This document shows positions 23,595 through 32,527 of a stretch of 64,000 nt of DNA, one piece after another. This DNA is from Nitrospinales bacterium. Its GTDB lineage: Bacteria > Nitrospinota > Nitrospinia > Nitrospinales > VA-1. Both the position numbers and the translations under genes were made by a program. The stretch covers positions 1,696,001 through 1,760,000 of the forward strand of contig CBDCXL010000002.1 in NCBI GenBank assembly GCA_965223795.1, in the 5' to 3' direction. The notes beneath the pieces were generated by a model. The model worked only from the letters and a program-made list of their open reading frames with translations, was not told where the DNA came from and ran no database searches. The stretch's first letter is position 1. Each line of letters starts with the position of its first letter.

Positions 23595-23630
23595 AAACAG
23601 AAAAGGCCGCAACCCGCCAGATTGCAGCCC
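23595..23630 (-). terminator. Attenuator terminator (riboswitch expression platform)
   Basis: GGCTGCAATC...GGTTGCGGCC hairpin followed by TTTTCTGTTT, just 3' of the TPP aptamer. Confidence 0.7.
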
Positions 23631-23661
23631 AAGAAGTACAAGCTCATCGAAGAAAGATCGC

Positions 23662-23746
23662 TTCACTTCCCTTCGCTGGTATAATCCAGATCAGGTTCAA
23701 AGGGTCATCCTTGCGGAAGTCTCAGTTAAACAACACCCCTAGTGAG
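23662..23746 (-). promoter_or_regulatory. TPP riboswitch (THI element)
   Basis: CTAGGGGTG...CTGAGA...CCCTTTGAACCTGATCTGGATTATACCAGCGAAGGGAAG upstream of thiS-thiG-thiE-thiC. Confidence 0.95.
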
Positions 23747-23787
23747 GCGTATAGCATCCGGTACTTTCACCTCCAAGTCAAGAATTA

Positions 23788-23816
23788 TTGACGTGTGCTT
23801 TAAAAAGAGGGATACT
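23788..23816 (+). promoter_or_regulatory. Putative sigma70 promoter
   Basis: TTGACG-17 nt-GATACT ending 7 nt before the ATG at 23824. Confidence 0.5.
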
Positions 23817-23823
23817 TAGTATT

Positions 23824-25200
23824 ATGACTATGAAAAACTTACCCTTATCCTTCTTTTCCCTGCTGATTTTGACCCTGACCTTACTGGCCGGTTGCTCCGG
23901 CTCTTCGGTGCGCGACCAGTTTGAGAAACCCTACTTCGAACTGCCTCCGGACCAGATCTCCAGCGCCGACAAGGACCTGTTCGAGCGCGCGCTGTTCAGG
24001 CAAAAAAACAACCGGATACAGGCGGCGATCAAGGTCTGGAACGAGTTTCTCAGCAAGCATCCCCGTTCCTTCGAAGCGCACAACAATCTGGGGCTGGTCT
24101 ATTATGAAGACGATCAGCTCGACCCGGCCATCGCGGAATTCGAAACCGCCCGGTCTCTGGAGCCGACGGATGAAAAGATCAAAAAGAATCTTATCCGCGC
24201 ACTGAAATTCAAGTCCACCCTCATTCGGGAAAGCGGAGACTACAACGGCGCGGTCAGCTACCTGAAAAGAGCCCAGGAACATTCCGGCCCGCGCGAAAAG
24301 GAACGCATCGGGTTCATGATCGAGGAGCTGGAAGACAGGGTGTACGAACAGGTGAAAAACACCAACACCCTGGAAGCGTATAAAGACTTTCTGGAAAAAT
24401 ATCCCGAAAGTGTGAAAAACGCCGATGACGCCCGCCGCCGGATTGAAGGTCTGAAGCCGAAGGAAAACGCGGTTTCGCCCGTTGAAAGCCTGGAAAAACG
24501 CAGCGAGGTGCAGGAATTGATCCCGGCCTCGGTACGCGGGGCGCCCGAAGCCGAACCGGCTCTGGAGCAGGCCAGCGCCATGCAGAAGCCTGAGGATACC
24601 GGGGAAATCCTCACTATCGATGCGATGCCTGCCGAGGGCGCAGCCATGATGGCGGACGAACCCGCCATGAAGAGCGACGTTACGGCCCTGCCGGATGCGG
24701 ATGCGATGAGCCGGCAGGCGCTCGCCGATTCGGAAGCGGTTTTCGGAAAGGCGCAGCTTGAAGACATCGAAACCGTGATGGAAAAAACGCCGGCACAGGA
24801 CCTGAGCGCGCAACCCTCCGGGCCTGAGGCCGCGATGACGCGCTCGATGGAACAATCCTACCCCGAAAAACTGACGGAAGTGGCGCGCAGTCCGGAACAG
24901 TTCATCGAAACCGGAATCCAGCCCACCCCCAAGCCGTCGACCGGGGCCCGCATCCTGAATACTGCGGAGTCCGGGGCGTTCGACGAGTTCGCGGTTTCGG
25001 CACAGCGGGTGCGGGTGGTGACGCGCAACGATCCTCTGCGCGTCCGCGAAGCGCCGTTTCTCAAATCCCGCGTCATCACGACGCTGGAAAAGGGCTCGCT
25101 GATCCCGCTCATCAAAGAAGTGGGGGGATGGTACAAAGTGGAATTCACCCAGGGCAAGGCCGGCTGGATATCGAAAAAATTCGCCGAAGTAGAGAAATGA
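23824..25200 (+). CDS. Lipoprotein with TPR repeats, acidic linker and C-terminal SH3b domain
   Basis: Lipobox LAGC; AHNNLGLVY TPR; LRVREAP...GWYKV...GWISK SH3b. Confidence 0.8.
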   Translation: MTMKNLPLSFFSLLILTLTLLAGCSGSSVRDQFEKPYFELPPDQISSADKDLFERALFRQKNNRIQAAIKVWNEFLSKHPRSFEAHNNLGLVYYEDDQLDPAIAEFETARSLEPTDEKIKKNLIRALKFKSTLIRESGDYNGAVSYLKRAQEHSGPREKERIGFMIEELEDRVYEQVKNTNTLEAYKDFLEKYPESVKNADDARRRIEGLKPKENAVSPVESLEKRSEVQELIPASVRGAPEAEPALEQASAMQKPEDTGEILTIDAMPAEGAAMMADEPAMKSDVTALPDADAMSRQALADSEAVFGKAQLEDIETVMEKTPAQDLSAQPSGPEAAMTRSMEQSYPEKLTEVARSPEQFIETGIQPTPKPSTGARILNTAESGAFDEFAVSAQRVRVVTRNDPLRVREAPFLKSRVITTLEKGSLIPLIKEVGGWYKVEFTQGKAGWISKKFAEVEK

Positions 25201-25289
25201 CCGTTTTGAAAAACGGTTGAACCCGCATCCGCATTCCTCTGACCCGCTTCCTTCTAATTATTCCTTTCGGTTGAGGATGGACTTATGGC

Positions 25290-25318
25290 TTGAGTCCGTC
25301 CGTTTCTGATACTATAAT
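25290..25318 (+). promoter_or_regulatory. Putative sigma70 promoter
   Basis: TTGAGT-17 nt-TATAAT. Confidence 0.55.
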
Positions 25319-25372
25319 TCCGTTCGGTCCCGTCCCGCATTGTCAACCTTTCAGGAAAATCAAACCACCATC

Positions 25373-26341
25373 ATGGAAACCATTGTCATAAGCGACCTGG
25401 ATCAACTGATTGAAAAAGAGTGGCAGTATCTCGAATCCCAGAGAGGCGAATGGAGCCTGCTGGAAGGCGATCAGGATTTGGAAGTGACGGAGCACGTCTT
25501 GAGGTGCATCCTGCATGTGGGTGAAACGGAACAGCGCGGGCAGGAGTTCAAGGAATGCGTCAAGGTGCAGAACCCGGACGGCGGCTGGTCGAAGCAGTCC
25601 CAAACGGACAAGACGTCGATGTGGATCACCACGTTCGTCGCGCTCAAACTGTGTCGCGGCAACATGGTGCTGAAGGATCCCGATATCGAGCGGGCGATCG
25701 ATAAAGCGCTCCAGTATGTGCTGTCGGTGCAGGAAGAAGACGGGCACTGGAGCGATCCGGAGTGGTCCCACCTCGACACCACCTGTTCGGTCACCTGTTT
25801 TCTCACCATCTACCAGGTGACGCACGACAAGCAGAACGATCCAATGATCAACGCGGCGAGAATAGGCGGATTTGAATTCATCAAGAACTGGCAGCGGGAC
25901 ACCGGACTGTGGAAAGACGACACCTTTCATCCCGCGGGCATCGAGACCACCGCGCATCTCATGCAGTACACGCTGGTGCCCGCGTATTTCATGGACGGCA
26001 TCGACTACGCCGAAAAGCTGTGCATGGATGCGGCGAATTCATTGACCGGGGAACAGGCCGCCAACGGTTCCTGGGACAGCGAAAACATGGACCACACCAT
26101 GGACGCCTGCCGAAACCTGATGCTGGTGTCGGACACGTTCGGCCGCAAAGAAGAATACGCGCCCTACATCGAAAAGGGAGTGCGCTGGCTCATCGAGAAA
26201 AAAAACGAGCAGGGCTGGGGCGATTTTCCGGGCGAGCCCAGCAATGTGGAACGGACGGCGGACGGGCTGGACACGCTGCTCAAATACAGACGGTTCTGCT
26301 CGGGCGAACCCATGTCGCATTTCTGGGCTTACAGCAAATGA
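25373..26341 (+). CDS. Prenyltransferase/squalene-hopene cyclase QW-repeat (alpha/alpha)6-barrel protein
   Basis: QW-like motifs QNPDGGW, QEEDGHW, QRDTGLW, QAANGSW, KNEQGWG; about 320 aa. Alternative TTG start at 25340. Confidence 0.78.
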   Translation: METIVISDLDQLIEKEWQYLESQRGEWSLLEGDQDLEVTEHVLRCILHVGETEQRGQEFKECVKVQNPDGGWSKQSQTDKTSMWITTFVALKLCRGNMVLKDPDIERAIDKALQYVLSVQEEDGHWSDPEWSHLDTTCSVTCFLTIYQVTHDKQNDPMINAARIGGFEFIKNWQRDTGLWKDDTFHPAGIETTAHLMQYTLVPAYFMDGIDYAEKLCMDAANSLTGEQAANGSWDSENMDHTMDACRNLMLVSDTFGRKEEYAPYIEKGVRWLIEKKNEQGWGDFPGEPSNVERTADGLDTLLKYRRFCSGEPMSHFWAYSK

Positions 26342-26414
26342 CGTTTGACCCGAAAGCGAACGCCGCTTTCGCCGGTCCCGTTTGTTTGGCCGCGATTCTC
26401 AAACGATTGGATTC

Positions 26415-27164
26415 ATGGAAGCGGTCATTCTCCTAGCCGGGCACGGTTCCCGGCTCAACCGGCAAGACCTTCCCCACAAGTCCCTGCTTCCCTTCGGCAG
26501 TGAAACCCTGCTGCAACGCCACCTCCTGTCCCTTCAACAGGCAGGCATCCAAAAAGTCCACCTGGTTCTCGGGCACAATGCCTCGCAGGTGCGCGCGCAT
26601 GCCGAAAGTCTCGGACTGGGACTCGAGCTGCACTGCATCGACAATCCTTTGTACCTCACGACGGGAAACACGCTTTCCATGGTGCTGGGGCTCCGCTTCT
26701 GCCCTGGAAATGCCATCGTGCTGGATGGGGACGTGCTCTATCCCAAAAGCGTTTTTCTGGATTATGTGCGTGATTCCAAGCCCACTTCGTTCGCCCTGGT
26801 GGCGTCGGACATCGACAACGCCGAGTCGGCCAAGGTGCTGCTCAAGCCTTCCGGCATGATCCAGGCGTTCATCACCAAGCGCCTGCTGACAGAGAAAGAG
26901 CGTGCGGAGTTCAAATTCGGCGGTGAGGCCATCGGGTTTTTCAAATTGTCGAAGGAGGCGGTGGAGCGGTTTCTGCTCCTGTACGAAGAGAATGAAGCTG
27001 AATTCGAAAAGACGCTTTGGGAGATCCCGTTCACCGAGTTCGCCCGGCATGTGGATGTGCATCCCTGGCACATCCAGGGGCCGGGCTGCTTTGAGATCGA
27101 CACCCAGGAAGACTACGACGACGCCCTGGCCAGCTTCAAGTCACGGCCGGGCTTCTACGGTTGA
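26415..27164 (+). CDS. Nucleotidyltransferase, phosphocholine cytidylyltransferase (LicC-like) family
   Basis: AVILLAGHGSRL..PHKSLL; LDGDVLY; FEIDTQED. Confidence 0.82.
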   Translation: MEAVILLAGHGSRLNRQDLPHKSLLPFGSETLLQRHLLSLQQAGIQKVHLVLGHNASQVRAHAESLGLGLELHCIDNPLYLTTGNTLSMVLGLRFCPGNAIVLDGDVLYPKSVFLDYVRDSKPTSFALVASDIDNAESAKVLLKPSGMIQAFITKRLLTEKERAEFKFGGEAIGFFKLSKEAVERFLLLYEENEAEFEKTLWEIPFTEFARHVDVHPWHIQGPGCFEIDTQEDYDDALASFKSRPGFYG

Positions 27165-27182
27165 GGCGTGGGAGCGGACCGC

Positions 27183-28190
27183 TCAGAACGCATACTGCAA
27201 AGCCATGATCCAGCGCAGATCGGACTCTTTGAATCCGGGAGTGGGCTCGCTTTCGTATTCCCAGATGTTTGAGAATTTGAACTCCCAGCCGGCGCCGAGG
27301 GTGGTGATGAGGGCGGCTTGGTTGCGGAAGTTGTACTCGCCGAAATTCTCGAAGCTCGGGAAAATCACGTATTGATCGGTGAACAGCAGGTTTTTCAAAA
27401 TCTGGTATTTGAAGTTGGTGGCGAAGCGGCCGGTGGCGTACTGCTCGTCCGCGCCGGTAACGCGGTCTTCGTTGAAGTAGGAAACGCCGGCTTCCAGAGA
27501 CCAGAACTTGATGTCGTCCTCCCAGATCTGATAGCCCGCACCGGGGCCGACGATCGTCCTAAGATTCAGGTCCTTGAAGGTGTCGTTCAGCATCTCGAGG
27601 CTCAGAAAGCCGTACCATTTCTTTGTGAAGTAATGAGAAAACTGCATGGACCCGTAGGTGTTGCGCGCGGTCACCTCATCGTCTTCCTCGGCGTAGTTGA
27701 AGAGAAATTTAAACTCGAAGCGGTCGTGCTCCCACCGCTTGTGCGCGTCCGCGGCGAACGAACCGGAGAAACGCTCGGTGTTTCCGGTGTCCCACTGCGC
27801 TCCCGCGCCGAGATGCCCTTTCCAGTGATTTTTCGGCGGATTGATGGCCTTGATCTGGGTCCAGTCTAATATCGTGGGGCTGCGGCCTGAGCTGGCTTCC
27901 AGCTTGAAGTCGTCCTCCTGATCCTCGGAGGGCAGGAGCCTGCCTTTTAGAATTTCTCCGGTTTTGAGATGGATCACATTGGGATTGTCGGTGATGATCT
28001 TTTTTATCTCGTTGATTTTGATTTTGAGGTCTTCGGAATACGCCGTGGAAAAGGTCAACACCCCTTCTTTCGCGCTGACCACTTTGCCGCTCAATCGATC
28101 GCCGTTTTTCAACAGGATTTTATCGGCAAACGATTCTCCGGTGAAACCCAACACGATCAACGCAGCGAACACCCAATGTTTGAAGTTCAT
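27183..28190 (-). CDS. Outer-membrane beta-barrel protein (DUF481/YdiY-like)
   Basis: Signal peptide; DKILLKNGDRLSG; GNTE; GPGAGYQ; C-terminal YAF; SD AGGAGA. Confidence 0.8.
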   Translation of the reverse strand: MNFKHWVFAALIVLGFTGESFADKILLKNGDRLSGKVVSAKEGVLTFSTAYSEDLKIKINEIKKIITDNPNVIHLKTGEILKGRLLPSEDQEDDFKLEASSGRSPTILDWTQIKAINPPKNHWKGHLGAGAQWDTGNTERFSGSFAADAHKRWEHDRFEFKFLFNYAEEDDEVTARNTYGSMQFSHYFTKKWYGFLSLEMLNDTFKDLNLRTIVGPGAGYQIWEDDIKFWSLEAGVSYFNEDRVTGADEQYATGRFATNFKYQILKNLLFTDQYVIFPSFENFGEYNFRNQAALITTLGAGWEFKFSNIWEYESEPTPGFKESDLRWIMALQYAF

Positions 28191-28328
28191 CGATGTCTCC
28201 TGAGGATTGATGCTCAATGATGCAAGGAATCAGAAGTTTCTGTCTGGTAAACTCAGCGGGTCCAAAGGGGCCGGTGTTGTTTCCAATCCAGCCGCAAGCC
28301 CGTTGCCTTCAGATGATCAATCTGAAAA

Positions 28329-28344
28329 AGCAATTCCTATGCCA
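28329..28344 (-). promoter_or_regulatory. Sigma54 (-24/-12) promoter
   Basis: Minus strand TGGCAT-AGGAA-TTGCT matches TGGCAC-N5-TTGCW; AT-rich tract upstream. Confidence 0.7.
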
Positions 28345-28662
28345 GGGGGAGGAATGGGATGGGCTGTGGAAATACTTGATTTATTTTTAAATAGAAATGT
28401 GAAATATAAGGGAAATTAGATGTATGTATGGAAGAATGAATACGGTTCGACTCGGTCCGAACCGGGTGTCACGTAATTGACGATGCGTTCGTTTGCTCTA
28501 TTTTATTTTTTTTTAAATAAATTAAAAGGGGAAATTCCTCACATGCATGGGAAATTTTTTCCGGTTGCATCGAGTGGGTTTCCGACATTCCTGCGATGAC
28601 GCGCGCAGGTTCTGATTGATACCGGATCGCCGGGATGAGCGAACCGAATTTTCTCGAGGAGC

Positions 28663-29361
28663 GTGTTTTTGCTGCATTCATACAAAGCCGTGTTCTTTGA
28701 TGTGGGAGGCACTCTTATGCAGGTGCATCCGTCGGTGGGCGAAGTGTACACGCGTCATGCGCGCGAATACGGATTCTCGCAGCCGGCTGAGGACGTGGAC
28801 CGGGAGTTTCGAACTCAGTGGCACGCGATGGGCGGCATCGCTTCACTGGGCAGGCACAGCGGGGTCGAGGCGGAAAAAAAATTCTGGCGGGAGCTGGTGC
28901 GGCGCGTGTTCGACCGGTTCGGCGGGCTCGATGACTTCGATCGCTATTTTGAGCATATCTATGAAGTGTTCCGTGGCAAGGACAGCTGGCGGATTTTTGA
29001 CGACGTGGTCGAATCGGATATTTTTCTCAAACTGAAACAGCGCGGTGTCGTTTTGGGAGTCATTTCAAACTGGGACTCGCGGCTGTCCCACACGCTGCGC
29101 GAGATCGGGCTGGCAAAGCATTTTGACTTCGTTCTGGTTTCCGCGGAAGTGGGGGCGGCGAAACCGGATAAAAAAATATTTGAGGAAGCGTTGCGGCTGA
29201 GCGGGGTGCGGGCGGAACAGGCCTGTCATATCGGCGACGAGCCGGAAGCGGACCTGATGGGCGCGCGCCGTGTCGGCATCGACGCGATCCTGGTGGACCG
29301 CAGGGGACGCTACGGGGATGAATTCAAACCCAAGGTGGGATCGTTTCTGGAGTTGATTTGA
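28663..29361 (+). CDS. HAD-IA family hydrolase (REG-2-like)
   Basis: FFDVGGTL; VISNWD; KPD; HIGD...DL.GA. Confidence 0.88.
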   Translation: MFLLHSYKAVFFDVGGTLMQVHPSVGEVYTRHAREYGFSQPAEDVDREFRTQWHAMGGIASLGRHSGVEAEKKFWRELVRRVFDRFGGLDDFDRYFEHIYEVFRGKDSWRIFDDVVESDIFLKLKQRGVVLGVISNWDSRLSHTLREIGLAKHFDFVLVSAEVGAAKPDKKIFEEALRLSGVRAEQACHIGDEPEADLMGARRVGIDAILVDRRGRYGDEFKPKVGSFLELI

Positions 29362-29371
29362 CGGCGTAGAC

Positions 29372-29890
29372 TCAGCCTGGGACGCCTTTGGCGCCTTTCA
29401 GGGTGGCTTTGGTGAAAGAGGTGTTGTTGGTTTTCGCGTGGGTCAGGTCGGCGTCGGTCAGATTGGCGCCGAAAAACGAAACCGATTCGAGGTTCGCCCC
29501 CCTCAGGCTGGCACGGGACAGGTCGGCGAAGGTGAGGCTCGCCTTGGTGAGGTCCGCTTCGGTCAGAATTGCGGACTTCAGATCGCTTTTGCTCAGGGTG
29601 GCGTTGATGAGTTTGGCCCTGGAGAAATTTGCCTTGTCCAGCTTGGCGTCGGAGAGATCGGCGTCGGTCAGGTTGGCGCCGGTGAAATTGGATTGAGAGA
29701 GAAACGCTTTGGTGAACTTGGTTTTGATGAGCCGGGTTTTGCTGAAATCGGTTTTCACCAGCGTGATGTCATTAAAATTCAAACCGGAAAGGTCGAGCCC
29801 CGATAAATCCGCTCCCGCCAGATGGGGTTTCGTTCCGTCCTTCAGCAGTTCCTTGATTTTTGCAACCGTGATGTTCGCCATGGTTTCCAC
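29372..29890 (-). CDS. Pentapeptide repeat protein
   Basis: Tandem A(D/N)Lxx repeats (ANLTD ADLSD AKLDK ANFSR). Confidence 0.92.
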   Translation of the reverse strand: METMANITVAKIKELLKDGTKPHLAGADLSGLDLSGLNFNDITLVKTDFSKTRLIKTKFTKAFLSQSNFTGANLTDADLSDAKLDKANFSRAKLINATLSKSDLKSAILTEADLTKASLTFADLSRASLRGANLESVSFFGANLTDADLTHAKTNNTSFTKATLKGAKGVPG

Positions 29891-29950
29891 CTTCGTTGTT
29901 CGCTCGCATCCGGACTATAATCCCGAATTCACTTTTTAACAATTGCTAAT

Positions 29951-31462
29951 TTATTCGGACGCTGTGGCACCGGTGCGTCTCGCCTTGTGTTTCCACAACT
30001 CCCAGGCGAGCAGCGCGTAAAACGGCAGGTACTCACACCACGGGATCCAGGCGGAAAGATGCTGGGTTTCCTGGTAATCGAAATAAAAATCCAGGTAATA
30101 CAAGCCCATCAGACCGGTCAGCAGGATCCAGGAGGGTTGGGGAAACAGGCAGATGAAGGGCAGCACCCACAGCAGGTACCAGGGGTTCTGCACGGGGCTC
30201 AGGAGAAACACTCCCGCCATGAGAACAAAGCATTTGAAAAGCAGGTTCCCGGCATCCGGGTGCGGCCGTTTGACCAAAAGATAGCCCAGCACAGCGAGCA
30301 GGATGCCAACCACCGTCACTTTGCTCAACAACACGCCCCAGTTGGTGGCGATGAACGAGGAGGCGGGAGCGTCGAATCCGAGCAGGTCTTTGTAGAAGTA
30401 AAGCAGCAACGCGAACAGGCTGTCATTGCTCTGCCAGAACGTGGAAAAGGTTTGCAATCCCTCAAAGGTGCCCCAGCCGCTGGCGGTGAACGGCAGGTAG
30501 AACACTATACTGACGCAGGCGAACCCAGCGGCGCCGCCCAGAACCCGCGGCCAGGGGGATTTTTGTTCGCGCACGGATTGCTGATAGATCTGCTGCAGAT
30601 AGACAGGCAGCAGGATCGCCGAATAGAGTTTGGAGAGAAAGCTCAAGGCCAGAAAAAACAGGGCGGGGTAGGGTTTTCGCACGAGGATGAAATAGATCGA
30701 CACGCACATCAGTGCGACGCCGATGATGTCCAGATGGGTGGAATTGTAGGTCTCCTTGATGAGCAGGGGCGACCAGAAATAGATCAGGCACAGGTTCGAC
30801 GAGCGGCCGCGGTTTTTCAGGATCAGCAGGAGAAAAACCAGTGCCAGCAGGTCCCAGGCGAAAAAAACGCCGCGCATGGCGAGGATGCTGTCCGGCTTTA
30901 TAAAATGCGCGAAGCGGAACACATATTGGGCGACCGGGGGATAGATGGTGGGAACGTGCGGGTGGTTGACCCGCTCCAGCGTGAGCAGCGAGGCTTGAGT
31001 TTGCCATTTGAGCTGGTTCAAACGGTCGAGTTCGTCTCTTTGTTTCTCATCGTAGGCGGCGATGAAGCCTTCGGGATCCTCGATCTTGAAATTCAGATAG
31101 ACGTCGACTTCTTCGGGGGCGTACTGGTAGGGATTGATGCCGTGCGCGAACACTTTTCCGTCCCACAGGTAGCGGTACACGTCGTCTTCCTGGATCTGAT
31201 TGGCGGGAAGGAACACAACGCGAAAGAGCAGCCCGAACGCAATGACGATCCAGAATGCGGCACGGTCTTCTTTTTGCCTGAGGACGAGGCGGCAGGCGAT
31301 CGCGTACAGGGCGAACAGGCCGAAATACAGAGCGAGGTAGGTGAGAATGGGGCGGTCGGCATAGCCCTCACCCCAGTTGAACTGACGCGACAGTCCCGTC
31401 ATGCCGCCATAGAGCAGACAGCTTAGGATTCCCAGTGAGGCCAGAGTGAGACGTGTCCGCAT
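29951..31462 (-). CDS. Polytopic GT-C fold glycosyltransferase (GT87-like)
   Basis: Many TMs; EDDVYRYLWDG, GINPY, TIYPP, H.D, PWYLLW motifs. Confidence 0.75.
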   Translation of the reverse strand: MRTRLTLASLGILSCLLYGGMTGLSRQFNWGEGYADRPILTYLALYFGLFALYAIACRLVLRQKEDRAAFWIVIAFGLLFRVVFLPANQIQEDDVYRYLWDGKVFAHGINPYQYAPEEVDVYLNFKIEDPEGFIAAYDEKQRDELDRLNQLKWQTQASLLTLERVNHPHVPTIYPPVAQYVFRFAHFIKPDSILAMRGVFFAWDLLALVFLLLILKNRGRSSNLCLIYFWSPLLIKETYNSTHLDIIGVALMCVSIYFILVRKPYPALFFLALSFLSKLYSAILLPVYLQQIYQQSVREQKSPWPRVLGGAAGFACVSIVFYLPFTASGWGTFEGLQTFSTFWQSNDSLFALLLYFYKDLLGFDAPASSFIATNWGVLLSKVTVVGILLAVLGYLLVKRPHPDAGNLLFKCFVLMAGVFLLSPVQNPWYLLWVLPFICLFPQPSWILLTGLMGLYYLDFYFDYQETQHLSAWIPWCEYLPFYALLAWELWKHKARRTGATASE

Positions 31463-31577
31463 GCGGCGGCTGAAGATAGGATTGCGCCATCGAGGCGCGT
31501 TCGACCGGGTTTCAAGTAAGGCAGGGTATTATAGATCAAACCCGAATCCTGTGCCACAAAGGTTGCGGGAGCTGCGA

Positions 31578-32522
31578 TCAGGAGTTGTGCGCCAGTGAAT
31601 CGGGGGCATCCTCGGAATCCTCCTCGGATTCTTCGGTTTCCCGGGAGGCTTCGGCATCTTCGATCTTCTGGTTGGAGATCTCCGTCATGTGCTCGAACAC
31701 TTCGATCAGGTTGCGGTGAACTTCCGGATTGTCGTCCCTGATGGAGAGCGCGGACCAGTAGTTCTGGATCGCTTCCTGATAGAGCTTTTCCTGTTTGTAC
31801 AGGTTCCCAAGACGGACGAGGATATCTTCCCTTCCAGGCTGCAGAAGGTTCACCCGCTCTAAAACGTTGATCGCCTCGAACGTCTGGTTGGTGTTTGCGT
31901 ATTGCGTGGCCAGCTCTTCCATGTAGCGCGGCACGCCCGGTTCCAGTTCGACGGCCTGTTTCAACCCAGCGATGCAGGTTGAGGTTCTTCCCTGTTTGCA
32001 GTAGACCCTGGCCAGACGGTAATGCGAGACGGCGTGATTTTTATCCAGCGACAGGGCCTGCTTGTAGATGGTTTCGGCTTCTTTGTATTTCTTTTTGCGT
32101 TCCAGGTATTCCCCCAGGGCGCTGAGCGGGTCCGGACTGTCGCGGTCGTTTTCAGCGGCGATTTTCAGCTCCTGATAGGCCTGCTTGGGGTTGCCCAGGG
32201 CGTAATGCACGGCGGCCAGGTTGATGCGGCTGTTGGTGTCCTCGGTTTTTTCCAGGATTTCGTTGTAGAGCTCCATGGCCTGGCGCAGTTTCCCCTGGTC
32301 CTGATACACGACCGCAAGGTTGTATTTGGCGAACAGGTTGTCCGGATCTTTGAGGATCGCGAGTTTGTACGCTTTGATGGCATCCGTGTATTTGCCCTTG
32401 TCGTACAGTTCGACTCCGCGGTTGTAGTGGCTCTCCACGGGAAGCGGCTGTTCCGCGCAGCCTGAAACAACAAGAGCGGAAAACAAAAAAAGGGACAATC
32501 GGAAACGGCGCATGTTCGACAT
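31578..32522 (-). CDS. TPR-repeat lipoprotein
   Basis: Lipobox VSGC; repeated TPR units (HYNRG, AKYNLA, SHYRLA); acidic tail. Confidence 0.85.
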   Translation of the reverse strand: MSNMRRFRLSLFLFSALVVSGCAEQPLPVESHYNRGVELYDKGKYTDAIKAYKLAILKDPDNLFAKYNLAVVYQDQGKLRQAMELYNEILEKTEDTNSRINLAAVHYALGNPKQAYQELKIAAENDRDSPDPLSALGEYLERKKKYKEAETIYKQALSLDKNHAVSHYRLARVYCKQGRTSTCIAGLKQAVELEPGVPRYMEELATQYANTNQTFEAINVLERVNLLQPGREDILVRLGNLYKQEKLYQEAIQNYWSALSIRDDNPEVHRNLIEVFEHMTEISNQKIEDAEASRETEESEEDSEDAPDSLAHNS

Positions 32523-32527
32523 AGAAA

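Noticed and set aside
25373..26341. Squalene-hopene cyclase (shc)
   Set aside because: Half the expected length and no DxDD motif.
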